Shown here piece by piece: positions 28,388 to 37,366 of a stretch of DNA of 64,000 nt (positions are counted from its first letter, which is position 1; each line of letters begins with the position of its first letter). The DNA is from an uncultured Eubacteriales bacterium (lineage in GTDB: Bacteria > Bacillota > Clostridia > Christensenellales > CAG-917). The stretch spans positions 2,719-66,718 of the forward strand of contig URIX01000004.1 in assembly GCA_900547975.1 (NCBI GenBank). The letters are read 5' to 3'. The notes beneath the pieces were generated by a model. It was not told the DNA's origin and searched no databases. It was given only the letters and a program-made list of their open reading frames with translations. The translations under genes and the position numbers were made by a program.

Positions 28388-29153
28388 ATTGAGAATCTAT
28401 TGCAAAAGATTCCGTATTATTCGCTTCTTGGCTCGCTTTTATTTGCGAAGTGGGCGTAACCGCCTTGCCTTGATTGATTTTGGTTGCGTTCACAATGATG
28501 AGCGACGCAACGAGCGCGATTACGGCAAGATATACGCCGAGTATGATTTTGCCTTTCGTGTTGAGACGAGCGCGTTGTTTTTGTTCGCTGACGTTTTGAG
28601 TTTTTTGAGCCTTGCGGGCAAAAAGTCCAGTGCGCCCTACCGCTTGTTGCGCGCTATCCTCGAATACGGGCGTGTTGCTCATCTCGTTGTGCGCAAGTCT
28701 TGCGTATAGTTCTTGGTCGCTCGCTCTCTCGGTGTCCTGCGCCGTAAACTCGTAGAATCCTTGATGTGCGGGCGCGGATTGGCGTACTTGCGGCTCGGCA
28801 TATTGCACTTGGTCGTAAGTTTGAACGGGCGCTTGCTCTTGATATTGAACGGGCGCGTATTGCGCTCTTTGTTGCAAGGAATCGTAGAAGGGATATTCTC
28901 TTTGTTGATATTCGACGGCTTGCGGCGCGACGTAAGGACGCGACGCTTCGTAATTTCTCACACTCTCGGTCGAACGAACTTCCCTTGCGGGTGCCATATC
29001 GAAATTATAACGCGAGTTTTGAACGGGTTGTGCTTGCGTATATTGATTTGCGCGCGAAGTCTTGAAGTCTTCGTAAGAGGGAAAACTCTCAACGTTGCCG
29101 CTTGCGACTTCTCTTGTGTTTCTGCCCAACAATTCGTCTAATGTGATTGCCAT
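28371..29153 (-). CDS. FtsL-slot protein: long Gln/Tyr/Pro/Val-rich cytoplasmic region, single C-proximal TM, ~45-aa ectodomain
   Basis: Lies between rsmH and the PBP and overlaps the PBP start by 17 nt. SD AAGGGG. TM is IILGVYLAVIALVASLIIV. No recognisable FtsL leucine zipper. Confidence 0.6.
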   Translation of the reverse strand: MAITLDELLGRNTREVASGNVESFPSYEDFKTSRANQYTQAQPVQNSRYNFDMAPAREVRSTESVRNYEASRPYVAPQAVEYQQREYPFYDSLQQRAQYAPVQYQEQAPVQTYDQVQYAEPQVRQSAPAHQGFYEFTAQDTERASDQELYARLAHNEMSNTPVFEDSAQQAVGRTGLFARKAQKTQNVSEQKQRARLNTKGKIILGVYLAVIALVASLIIVNATKINQGKAVTPTSQIKASQEANNTESFAIDSQYEVRV

Positions 29154-29284
29154 ATCTACCCCTTTTAGATTATCGATTTTCTTTTTTTAACCCTGATAGA
29201 ATATCGATTTCCCTTCTTTATAATTTTCTTGTTTTTTATTTTTGTTTTTGTTTGTTTTTCGTTGTCGTTTTGCCGTTTTATCGT

Positions 29285-30220
29285 CTACAATCTCTCGACG
29301 ATTCTAAGTTTCGCACTTTGCGAGCGCGAGTTGGTTTTGAGTTCTTCCTCGCTTGCGACGATTGGTTTTTTGTTGACCAACTCGACTTCCTTCACCTTTC
29401 CGCATACGCACACGGGAAAGTCGGGCGGACAAGTGCAAGAGAGATTGAGTTCTCGAAACGCCGATTTGACGATTCTGTCTTCGAGCGAATGAAAGGTGAT
29501 AACCGCCATTCTACCGCCCTTTTTAAGACGTCGTGCCATTTGAGTTATCGCTTCGTCCAAAGCGTTGAGTTCGCCGTTCACCGCAATGCGTATCGCTTGA
29601 AACGTGCGCTTTGCCGGGTGTCCGAATTTCCATCTCGTCTTTGCGGGATAACTGTCTTCAACTATCTTTGCAAGTTCGAGCGTGGTTTCAATCGGCTTTT
29701 CCTTTCTTCTTGCGACTATGTTTTTTGCAATAACTCTTGCAAGTTTTTCTTCGCCGTAATCGAAAAGAATGTTTGCGATTTCTCTTTCGTCGTATCCGTT
29801 CACGATGTCGTAGGCGGTGAGAGGTTGCTCTCTGTCCATACGCATATCGAGCGGTGCGTCTTTCATATAACTGAATCCTCTTTCGGCATTGTCCAGTTGA
29901 TAACTGCTTACGCCGAGGTCGAGCAGGATTCCGTCAACCTCGCCTATCCCGAGCGAATCGAGTTCGGATATGAGGTTTTTGTAGTCGTCGTGTACAAACG
30001 TAACCTTGTCTTTGTACGGTGCGAGCCTTTCGGAAGCGGCTTTCAATGCGTCGCTGTCGCGGTCCACCGCAACGAGCCTTCCGCCCTCGCCGAGCCTCTT
30101 GACGATTTCAATCGAGTGTCCCGCGCCGCCGACCGTGCCGTCGACGTAGATTCCGTCGCTCTTGATTTTCAGTCCGTCGAGACATTCGTTCAACATCACG
30201 GGTACGTGTGCAAATTCCAT
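29285..30220 (-). CDS. rsmH: 16S rRNA (cytosine1402-N4)-methyltransferase
   Basis: HVPVMLNECL...DGTVGGAGHS...DLGVSSYQLD...ITFHSLEDRIVK. Confidence 0.95.
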   Translation of the reverse strand: MEFAHVPVMLNECLDGLKIKSDGIYVDGTVGGAGHSIEIVKRLGEGGRLVAVDRDSDALKAASERLAPYKDKVTFVHDDYKNLISELDSLGIGEVDGILLDLGVSSYQLDNAERGFSYMKDAPLDMRMDREQPLTAYDIVNGYDEREIANILFDYGEEKLARVIAKNIVARRKEKPIETTLELAKIVEDSYPAKTRWKFGHPAKRTFQAIRIAVNGELNALDEAITQMARRLKKGGRMAVITFHSLEDRIVKSAFRELNLSCTCPPDFPVCVCGKVKEVELVNKKPIVASEEELKTNSRSQSAKLRIVERL

Positions 30221-30223
30221 TTT

Positions 30224-30667
30224 TTACACCCCGTACTTTTTGAGGTCCTGAATCATCTTGTCGATCTTGCTCGGATCGAGCACGCCGTATCTCGCGTCCC
30301 AAGCCTCCGCCGGCCAAACTTCGAGATAAGTTGCCTTTCCGACAAAAACCATTTCTTTGTCGATGCCGAATTTCTCTTTTATGTTTTTGTCGAGAGAAAC
30401 TCTGCCCTGTGCGTCTTCTTCGAGAGGTCCGCTGAACGAGAACACCGTCGAAGTGAATTCGTCCGTGTCGGACGTGTACGGATTTTGGTTGATGAAAGGT
30501 GCGAACATTTCCTCGAATCTTTCTTCGGGAACGATGTACAAGCAACCGTTCTTGCCCGGAAGGTAATACGGGTTCGAGCCAAGTCCTTCGCGGAACTTGA
30601 CGGGAATCCTGAACCTATTTCTCTCGTCGAGTTGATGACGAGCGTTTCCAAGCATAAATTTCGGCAT
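30224..30667 (-). CDS. mraZ: Division/cell wall cluster transcriptional regulator MraZ
   Basis: Two SpoVT/AbrB-like halves: LDERNRFRIPVKFRE and EDAQGRVSLDKNIKE. First gene of the dcw cluster. Confidence 0.9.
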   Translation of the reverse strand: MPKFMLGNARHQLDERNRFRIPVKFREGLGSNPYYLPGKNGCLYIVPEERFEEMFAPFINQNPYTSDTDEFTSTVFSFSGPLEEDAQGRVSLDKNIKEKFGIDKEMVFVGKATYLEVWPAEAWDARYGVLDPSKIDKMIQDLKKYGV

Positions 30668-30709
30668 TTGCTTTTCCTTTTGAGGGGCGCTTCACCCTTC
30701 ACGCTTGTT

Positions 30710-30738
30710 ATTGTATAACAATATAAACGACTTGTCAA
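30710..30738 (-). promoter_or_regulatory. Near-consensus sigma-A promoter for mraZ/dcw
   Basis: Minus strand TTGACA, 17 nt, TACAAT, located ~45 nt upstream of the mraZ start. Confidence 0.55.
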
Positions 30739-31080
30739 CGAAAATTTTCCAATTTTGACCCAAAATTTTTTCGAGTATTTAGTATGGATTATAGACTTTA
30801 TACAATTTTAATTATGTTCACAAGTAAACTATATACAAACCGCAATTTTTGTCGTATAATCGTTTTCCGAAAAGTCGTCTTTTCAGTGGATTTTGCCTTG
30901 AAAACACGCAAAATCATTATAAATTTTCGCTCGATACAACGCTTATTATCCCCTATTTTCAACCTATATTTGCGCGCGTTTTTGCCACTTTCCGCCACTT
31001 TTCGAGCAGAAAATTTTTGCGTTAGCAACAAAAAATCTCATATCGCATATATTGTGGCAAATATAAAAGGAGGTAAAAAG

Positions 31081-31713
31081 ATGTCTTTTTGCAACAACAA
31101 CTCTACGATAGACAGATGTCCCGGGAACATCAACGGCAATCCGATGAACGGCTTGTGTGAAAAAGTTTGCATTCAGACCACCAAAATCTTCGACGCCTGC
31201 ATGATGCAGACAAGCATAGATTCTACGGTGGCTCTCACGAACATTTCGCCTGCAAACCCCACTCTTCCGCTCACATTCGTCAGCGGCTCGTCAACCTCGT
31301 CGGTCGGCACGATTACCGCCCTCACGATAACACCGATTGCCGACAGAGCGGGACTTTCAAGAGTAACCGCAACGATTTCGATACCCGTTCAAATCGCCTA
31401 CACCGACGCAAACGGCGTTGCAGGCACGGGCACGAGCACCGTGAGTATCGCCCAAGACGTGGTTATGTGCGTGCCGTCGGGCAGCGTAATTTCGCCCGTC
31501 ATCGCGGCAACCGTCAATATGGCTTCGCCGAGAGGTACTTACGTGAGCGACTACACGTTCTCGATAACTTGTTGCGTTACTGTCATTCTCAGCGTGCAAG
31601 CACCCGTCAATCTTCTCGTACCGTCCTACGGCTACTGCAAGATTCCGCCCTGCACGGAATTCAGCCAAGACGCTTGTCAAGGCGTGTTCGATTTGCCCTT
31701 GTTCCCGTCTTGA
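31081..31713 (+). CDS. Uncharacterised 210-aa Cys-containing Ser/Thr/Val-rich protein (no signal peptide)
   Basis: ATG at 31081 preceded by AAAGGAGG. MSFCNNNSTIDRCPGNINGNPMNGLCEKVCIQTTKIFDAC...PPCTEFSQDACQGVFDLPLFPS. The track ORF is over-extended upstream to 30784. Confidence 0.7.
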   Translation: MSFCNNNSTIDRCPGNINGNPMNGLCEKVCIQTTKIFDACMMQTSIDSTVALTNISPANPTLPLTFVSGSSTSSVGTITALTITPIADRAGLSRVTATISIPVQIAYTDANGVAGTGTSTVSIAQDVVMCVPSGSVISPVIAATVNMASPRGTYVSDYTFSITCCVTVILSVQAPVNLLVPSYGYCKIPPCTEFSQDACQGVFDLPLFPS

Positions 31714-32015
31714 CAAACAAGAGCAACCGAACGACAATTCGATAAAATCGAATTGAAACATAAAAGGCGCGAAAAAATTCCGTGCCTTTTATGTCGTTGT
31801 TCGATTTTCAAAACATTTCATATCTTCTATGTTTTTTTGATTTGTCACTCGTCAAAAAATTCAATCGTTTTATTCTTATTATGCCGCTCGATATTTCGTT
31901 TTACCGTATTTTCTATTTGCCGCTCTTTTCTTTTATATCGCATTTTTTTCTTTCGTTATTTCCCGATTTTACGTCAATAATTGATAAATAATAATTTATA
32001 TGTTATATTATCCGT

Positions 32016-32732
32016 ATGAAAGTTTTTGCAATAAGCGATTTACATCTATCCTCTGCCGTCGAAAAACCTATGGACATTTTCGGCGACGGCTGGCAAAACC
32101 ACTTCGCAAGAATAAGCGAGGACTGGGAACGAAAGGTTGCCGACAGCGACCTCGTTTTGCTTGGCGGCGATATGTCGTGGGGATTGACAATCGAACAAGC
32201 AAAACCCGACTACGACAAAATTGCGAAACTCAAAGGCAAAAAATACGTCGTAAAGGGCAATCACGACTATTACTGGGGTTCGCTCGGCAAAATGCGCGAG
32301 ACATTCCCCTCTTTCAACTTCATTCAGAACAATGCGTATAGAGTGGAATCGGAAAGCAATCAGCAAAAAGCGGTTGTCCTCGCCGGCTCTCGCGGTTGGA
32401 ATATTCCGCAAAATGACACGTCGGAAGCGGATTTGAAAATTTACAAAAGAGAATTGATACGCCTCGAACTATCTTTGTCCTACGCCAAAACTATGCAAAA
32501 AGAAGGCGATATTCTCATTGCAATGCTTCACTATCCGCCGTTCGAAGCAACTTATCAGGACACCGAAGTTACCGCGCTTCTTGAAAAATACGGCGTGAAC
32601 TTTGTACTGTACGGACACTTGCACGGCAAGAGCGCAAGGGTAACCCCGACGCTCAAAAAACACGGCATAACCTATATTTTGACGTCTTGCGACCTTGTTG
32701 ACAACAAACTCATAGAAGTGTGCGAAATATAA
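32016..32732 (+). CDS. Cytoplasmic metallophosphoesterase (calcineurin-like)
   Basis: ISDLHL (DxH), GGDMSW (GD), KGNHDYYW (GNHD) and YGHLHG (GHxH). Confidence 0.85.
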   Translation: MKVFAISDLHLSSAVEKPMDIFGDGWQNHFARISEDWERKVADSDLVLLGGDMSWGLTIEQAKPDYDKIAKLKGKKYVVKGNHDYYWGSLGKMRETFPSFNFIQNNAYRVESESNQQKAVVLAGSRGWNIPQNDTSEADLKIYKRELIRLELSLSYAKTMQKEGDILIAMLHYPPFEATYQDTEVTALLEKYGVNFVLYGHLHGKSARVTPTLKKHGITYILTSCDLVDNKLIEVCEI

Positions 32733-32825
32733 GTAAACAGACGTATTTTTGACTAAAGTATTCTAAAACTTATTGATTTTTAGAATAAAAATTGAAAAGC
32801 ATATTGATAAATTATAAAAAAATAA

Positions 32826-32863
32826 CGCTTGCAAAACTTTTGTTTGCAAGCGCTATTTTCTTT
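32826..32863 (+). terminator. Intrinsic terminator after the small metallophosphoesterase gene
   Basis: CGCTTGCAAA/TTTGCAAGCG stem followed by CTATTTTCTTT. Confidence 0.65.
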
Positions 32864-32910
32864 GGGGCGTGGGGCATCGCCCCACCCGCAATTATTAATT
32901 ATTAATTATT
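32864..32910. repeat. GC-rich hairpin plus (AATTATT)x3 element, copy 1
   Basis: GGGGCGTGGGGCATCGCCCCACCCGC followed by AATTATTAATTATTAATTATT. It overlaps the last codons and stop of engB. An inverted homologue lies at 56556-56611. Confidence 0.7.
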
Positions 32911-33504
32911 ACTTTGCTTGGCATTTGCAAGTAGCATTTCTATTCTATCGAGTACACCCTCTTTGCCCGTTTTAGCAGAAGCGGACGTGACGAGGATGTC
33001 TTTCGTACCCACACAGAGCGCGGTTGCAATGACGCTCAAGCACTTTTGTTGTTGCGCTCTTGAAAGTTTATCTGCCTTCGTTGCGATAATCGTAAAAGGA
33101 ATATTGTACGAGTACAAATAGTTTATAAGCATTTTATCGTCATCGGTTGGTTCGTGGCGCATATCGACAAGCACAAAAACGTTTATAAGGCGATTGCTCG
33201 TTCGCAAATAGTTTTCGATAAGTCCGCCCCACTTTTGCTTTTCTTGCTTGTTTACTTTCGCATAACCGTACCCCGGAAGGTCTACAAAATAATACTCGCC
33301 GTTGTTTATCTCGAAATAATTAAGCAAACGAGTTCTGCCCGGTTCTTGCGAGGTTTTGGCAAGTTTGTTTTGGTTCACCATAAAATTGATAAACGAGGAC
33401 TTGCCGACGTTGGATTTGCCCGCAATCGCAATTTCAGGCACGCCGTAGTCGGGCATCTTGCTCGCGTCTGCGACGGACGTTACGAATTTTGCTTGTTTTA
33501 TCAT
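32902..33504 (-). CDS. engB: Ribosome biogenesis GTPase YsxC/EngB
   Basis: IAIAGKSNVGKSSFIN (G1), VDLPGYGYAKV (G3) and ATKADKL (G4). ATG 33504 has SD AGGTG. Confidence 0.9.
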   Translation of the reverse strand: MIKQAKFVTSVADASKMPDYGVPEIAIAGKSNVGKSSFINFMVNQNKLAKTSQEPGRTRLLNYFEINNGEYYFVDLPGYGYAKVNKQEKQKWGGLIENYLRTSNRLINVFVLVDMRHEPTDDDKMLINYLYSYNIPFTIIATKADKLSRAQQQKCLSVIATALCVGTKDILVTSASAKTGKEGVLDRIEMLLANAKQSNN

Positions 33505-33593
33505 CTTTTGCACCTGTTATTCTCTGCCGTTTTTTTGCCGTTTTCAACGCAAAAACTATAAAAATAGCGCATTAGATGCGCTATTTTCGTTTG

Positions 33594-34847
33594 CTATGCG
33601 ATACAATCGGCCGTTTTTTCTATTTGCTTTCTCACCACGATAGGCTTTTCCGTCTTGTCAATGGAAGCCTTTGTGACAATGACTTTTTCGATGTCTTTCT
33701 CAGACGGAATCTCAAACATAAGTTCGAGCAACACATCTTCGAGAATGGCTCTCAATCCTCTTGCGCCGGTGTTGAGTTGAATTGCCTTTGCGGCAACCGC
33801 TCTCAACGCGTCGTCCTCGAATTCGAGCGTAACGCCGTCGATTGCAAATTGATATTTGTATTGCTTTACGAGCGCGTTCTTCGGCTCGGAAAGGATTTTT
33901 ACGAGCGCGTTCTCGTCAAGCGCGTTCAAGCCCACAACGATAGGCACACGACCGACAAATTCGGGGATAAGACCGTATTTGATGAGGTCGGCGGGTTGCA
34001 ACGCCTTGATAAGTTCGTCATAGCGATAATCGACCGTACCTTTTACGGCAGAGCCGAAGCCGAGTTTTGAATTGTCTTTTCTTTGGTCGATAATCTTGTC
34101 CAAATCCACGAATGCGCCGCCGCAAAGGAACAATATATTCGTCGTATCGAGTTGGTAGCACTCTTGATTGGGGTGCTTTCTTCCGCCTTGAGGCGGAACG
34201 TTTGCAACCGTACCTTCGATTATTTTGAGCAATGCCTGTTGCACGCCTTCACCGCTTACGTCGCGCGTAATGGACACGTTTTCGCCTTTCTTTGCGATTT
34301 TGTCGATTTCATCGATGTACACGATACCGATTTCTGCACGCTTCAAATCGCCGTTTGCCGATTGAATGAGTTTCAAAAGGATATTTTCGACGTCCTCACC
34401 GACGTAACCCGCTTCGGTGAGCGTCGTTGCGTCCGCAACCGCAAAAGGCACGTTGAGGATTTGCGCAAGCGTTTTTGCAAGCAAAGTTTTACCCGAACCC
34501 GTAGGACCGAGCAAAAGCACGTTGCTCTTTTCGATTACGACGTCGTCGTTGGACTTCGAGCGCATTTGATTTATACGCTTGTAATGATTGTACACGGCAA
34601 CGGACAATACGCGTTTTGCGCTGTCCTGACCTATGATGTATTCGTCGAGTTTCTCTTTTATCTCTTTGGGCGTATAAAGACTCAAACCGTCGTCGGCGGT
34701 TTTGCCGTCTTTTCCGAGCAAGTAGACGCACTCGTCGATACATTCGTTGCAAATATTTATGCCGTTCGGACCGCTGATGATTTTTTCAACCTCGCTTGCG
34801 CCCCTGCCGCAAAAACTGCAATGTTGTTCTTTATGATAGTTTTCCAT
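33594..34847 (-). CDS. clpX: ATP-dependent Clp protease ATP-binding subunit ClpX
   Basis: Zinc-binding CSFCGR...CNECI, Walker [12 protein letters not shown] and [10 protein letters not shown]. Confidence 0.95.
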   Translation of the reverse strand: MENYHKEQHCSFCGRGASEVEKIISGPNGINICNECIDECVYLLGKDGKTADDGLSLYTPKEIKEKLDEYIIGQDSAKRVLSVAVYNHYKRINQMRSKSNDDVVIEKSNVLLLGPTGSGKTLLAKTLAQILNVPFAVADATTLTEAGYVGEDVENILLKLIQSANGDLKRAEIGIVYIDEIDKIAKKGENVSITRDVSGEGVQQALLKIIEGTVANVPPQGGRKHPNQECYQLDTTNILFLCGGAFVDLDKIIDQRKDNSKLGFGSAVKGTVDYRYDELIKALQPADLIKYGLIPEFVGRVPIVVGLNALDENALVKILSEPKNALVKQYKYQFAIDGVTLEFEDDALRAVAAKAIQLNTGARGLRAILEDVLLELMFEIPSEKDIEKVIVTKASIDKTEKPIVVRKQIEKTADCIA

Positions 34848-34937
34848 ATACTTGATTATACTCCTTGTTTGGCAGATTTCTGCCCGCTTCGTCCGCGGCG
34901 CAAACGAGGCGTATTCTCGTATCGCTATTTTTGCTCT

Positions 34938-35534
34938 TTACTTTCTCGAATAGAAGATTTTGTCCACGAGACCGTATTTTTCCGCTTCTTCCGCGTTCAT
35001 ATAGAAGTCGCGGTCGGTGTCAACCTCGATTTTGGAAAGAGGTTGCGACGTGTTTTGAGCAAGAATATCGTTGATACGCTTTTTGGTTTTGAGGATTTCG
35101 TTTGCCTGAATCGCAATATCGCTCGCCTGACCTTGCGCGCCGCCGAGCGGTTGGTGAATCATAATTTTTGCGTTGGGCAAAGAGAATCTCTTGCCTTTTG
35201 CGCCCGACGAAAGCAAGAACGCACCCATCGAAGCCGCCATACCGATACAAATCGTGGATACGTCGCATTTGATGTAGTTCATCGTGTCGTAGATTGCAAA
35301 ACCTGCGGAAACCGAGCCGCCGGGACTGTTGATATAAAGGCTGATGTCCTTTGTGGAATCCTTGCCTTCGAGATATATAAGTTGCGCGACGACGAGGTCT
35401 GCAACGTTATCGTCGATTTCACCTGTGAGGAAGATGATTCTGTCTTCGAGCAAGCGAGAGTAAATGTCGTAAGAGCGTTCGCCTCTGCCTGTTTGCTCGA
35501 CAACCATAGGTATAAGTTGATTTCTGATGTTCAT
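34938..35534 (-). CDS. clpP: ATP-dependent Clp protease proteolytic subunit
   Basis: [11 protein letters not shown]...[11 protein letters not shown]...IMIHQPLGG with the Ser/His/Asp context. Confidence 0.95.
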   Translation of the reverse strand: MNIRNQLIPMVVEQTGRGERSYDIYSRLLEDRIIFLTGEIDDNVADLVVAQLIYLEGKDSTKDISLYINSPGGSVSAGFAIYDTMNYIKCDVSTICIGMAASMGAFLLSSGAKGKRFSLPNAKIMIHQPLGGAQGQASDIAIQANEILKTKKRINDILAQNTSQPLSKIEVDTDRDFYMNAEEAEKYGLVDKIFYSRK

Positions 35535-35731
35535 TATATCCTCCGTTCGCCGCGATATACGGAAATTTAAGAGCCGATTTTCGCGACGGATTTACGCTTT
35601 TGCGAATTTTCGATTTTTCAATATCGCAAAAGCCGATTTTATACGCTTTCCGCCTGCGATAAGCAAGCGGAAAGCCTAAACGTTGTTTTCAAGTGCAACG
35701 GCACTCTTATTTTACACAAAACTTTAATCGA

Positions 35732-37141
35732 TTATTCTGCGTCGGTTGCGGGTTTTGCTGTCTTTTTGGTTGTTTTTTTGGCAGCAGGCTTCTTTTCTTC
35801 GACTTTTGCGTCATCGGCCTTGACTTCCGCTTCGCTTTCGGCTTTCTTGGCGGATTTCTTTGCCGCAACGTTCTCTTTTACGAGGAACGCGAGCAATTTT
35901 TCGTTCATAATGGAATTTACGATATAATCGATTTGTTCTTTATGCAAAGTCTTTTTGAATTCCTCGACGGTTTGAGAAGAATCGCTTGCGAATTTCTCGA
36001 TCTTTTCGTCGATTTCCTTGTCCTCGATTTTGAGATCTTCCGCTTTGACGAGCGCTTCCATAACAAGACGTACTTTGACTGTCTTTTGCGCTTGATCTTT
36101 GTATTGGTCTTCGAGTTGTTCTCTGGTCATATTGAGATATTTGAGATAATCGTCGAGTTTCAAGCCTTGATACATAAGACGATATTCAAATTCGTGGACC
36201 ATATCTTCCGCTTCGCGATCTATCATTGCTTGCGGAATTTCAACTGCGGACGCGTCGACAATCTTCTCTACGATTTCGTCTTCGAGATCACGCTCTGCCT
36301 TTTCTTCGGCTTCTTTGGCGAGGTTTGCCTTGACGTCCGCTTTGTACTCTGCAAGAGTGTTAAATTCGGAAACTTCTTTGACGAATTCGTCGTCGATTGC
36401 GGGAAGTTCTTTGACTTTGACCGCTTTAACCGTGCACTCGAACACTGCTTCTTTGCCTGCGAGTTGCTCTGCTTGGTAGTTTTCGGGGAAAGTGACGTTG
36501 ACATTCTTCACGTCGCCTGCTTTTACGCCGACGAGTTGTTCTTCAAAACCGGGAATAAAGGTGTTGCTTCCGAGTTCGAGATCGTAGTTTTCCGCGCTGC
36601 CGCCCTCGAATTTTTCGCCGTTTACGCTGCCCACGAAGTCAATCGTGACGGTGTTGCCGTTTGCTGCCGCGGTGTCGACGTCGATAAGACGCGCTTGCTT
36701 TTCTTGCTCTTGAGCAATCTTTTCGTCAACTTCTTTTGCGGTGACTTTGACCGCTTTCTTTGCAACGGAAAGACCTTTATATTGTCCGAGTGTAACTTCG
36801 GGTTTGACAACCATAACGATGGAATATTTTACGCCGCCGTCTTCGGTCATATCAACGTCGCAAACGCTGTCAACCGCTACGAAATCGTAATCCGCACTCT
36901 TTTCGAGTTCCGCCAAAGAAGAATCGATGAGCTCGTTTACGGCATCGCTGAAAAATACGCCTTGACCGTACATACCCTCGATAACCTTTTGGGGTGCGTG
37001 ACCTTTTCTGAAACCGGGAACTGCATATTTATGCTTTGTTTTTTCGTAGGCTTGCTTGATTGCTGCGTTGAAAGCGTCCTTGTCAACCGTGTAGTTGAAC
37101 TTAACCTGGCTCTTTTCCAACTTTTCTGCTGTGTAGTTCAT
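35732..37141 (-). CDS. tig: Trigger factor with Lys/Ala/Glu-rich C-terminal tail
   Basis: VPGFRKGHAP ribosome-binding motif and an FKBP-type middle domain. The tig-clpP-clpX order is conserved. Confidence 0.9.
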   Translation of the reverse strand: MNYTAEKLEKSQVKFNYTVDKDAFNAAIKQAYEKTKHKYAVPGFRKGHAPQKVIEGMYGQGVFFSDAVNELIDSSLAELEKSADYDFVAVDSVCDVDMTEDGGVKYSIVMVVKPEVTLGQYKGLSVAKKAVKVTAKEVDEKIAQEQEKQARLIDVDTAAANGNTVTIDFVGSVNGEKFEGGSAENYDLELGSNTFIPGFEEQLVGVKAGDVKNVNVTFPENYQAEQLAGKEAVFECTVKAVKVKELPAIDDEFVKEVSEFNTLAEYKADVKANLAKEAEEKAERDLEDEIVEKIVDASAVEIPQAMIDREAEDMVHEFEYRLMYQGLKLDDYLKYLNMTREQLEDQYKDQAQKTVKVRLVMEALVKAEDLKIEDKEIDEKIEKFASDSSQTVEEFKKTLHKEQIDYIVNSIMNEKLLAFLVKENVAAKKSAKKAESEAEVKADDAKVEEKKPAAKKTTKKTAKPATDAE

Positions 37142-37366
37142 TTGTCCTCCAAGTCCGCGCGAGCAAACTCATTGCCTTGCGGATATATGTTTTCTTAACA
37201 AGTGATAGAGATTATAACATAGATAATATTAAAAATCAATTAATTTTGCCGCATAGGATTGCGAGTTTTTATTCTCGCGCCCTTATCTCGACGCCGCAAG
37301 AAAAAAGAAAGTCCTAAAAAGACGTAATTTATTGATTTTAGCGGCAAAAAATACTATACTGACCGT

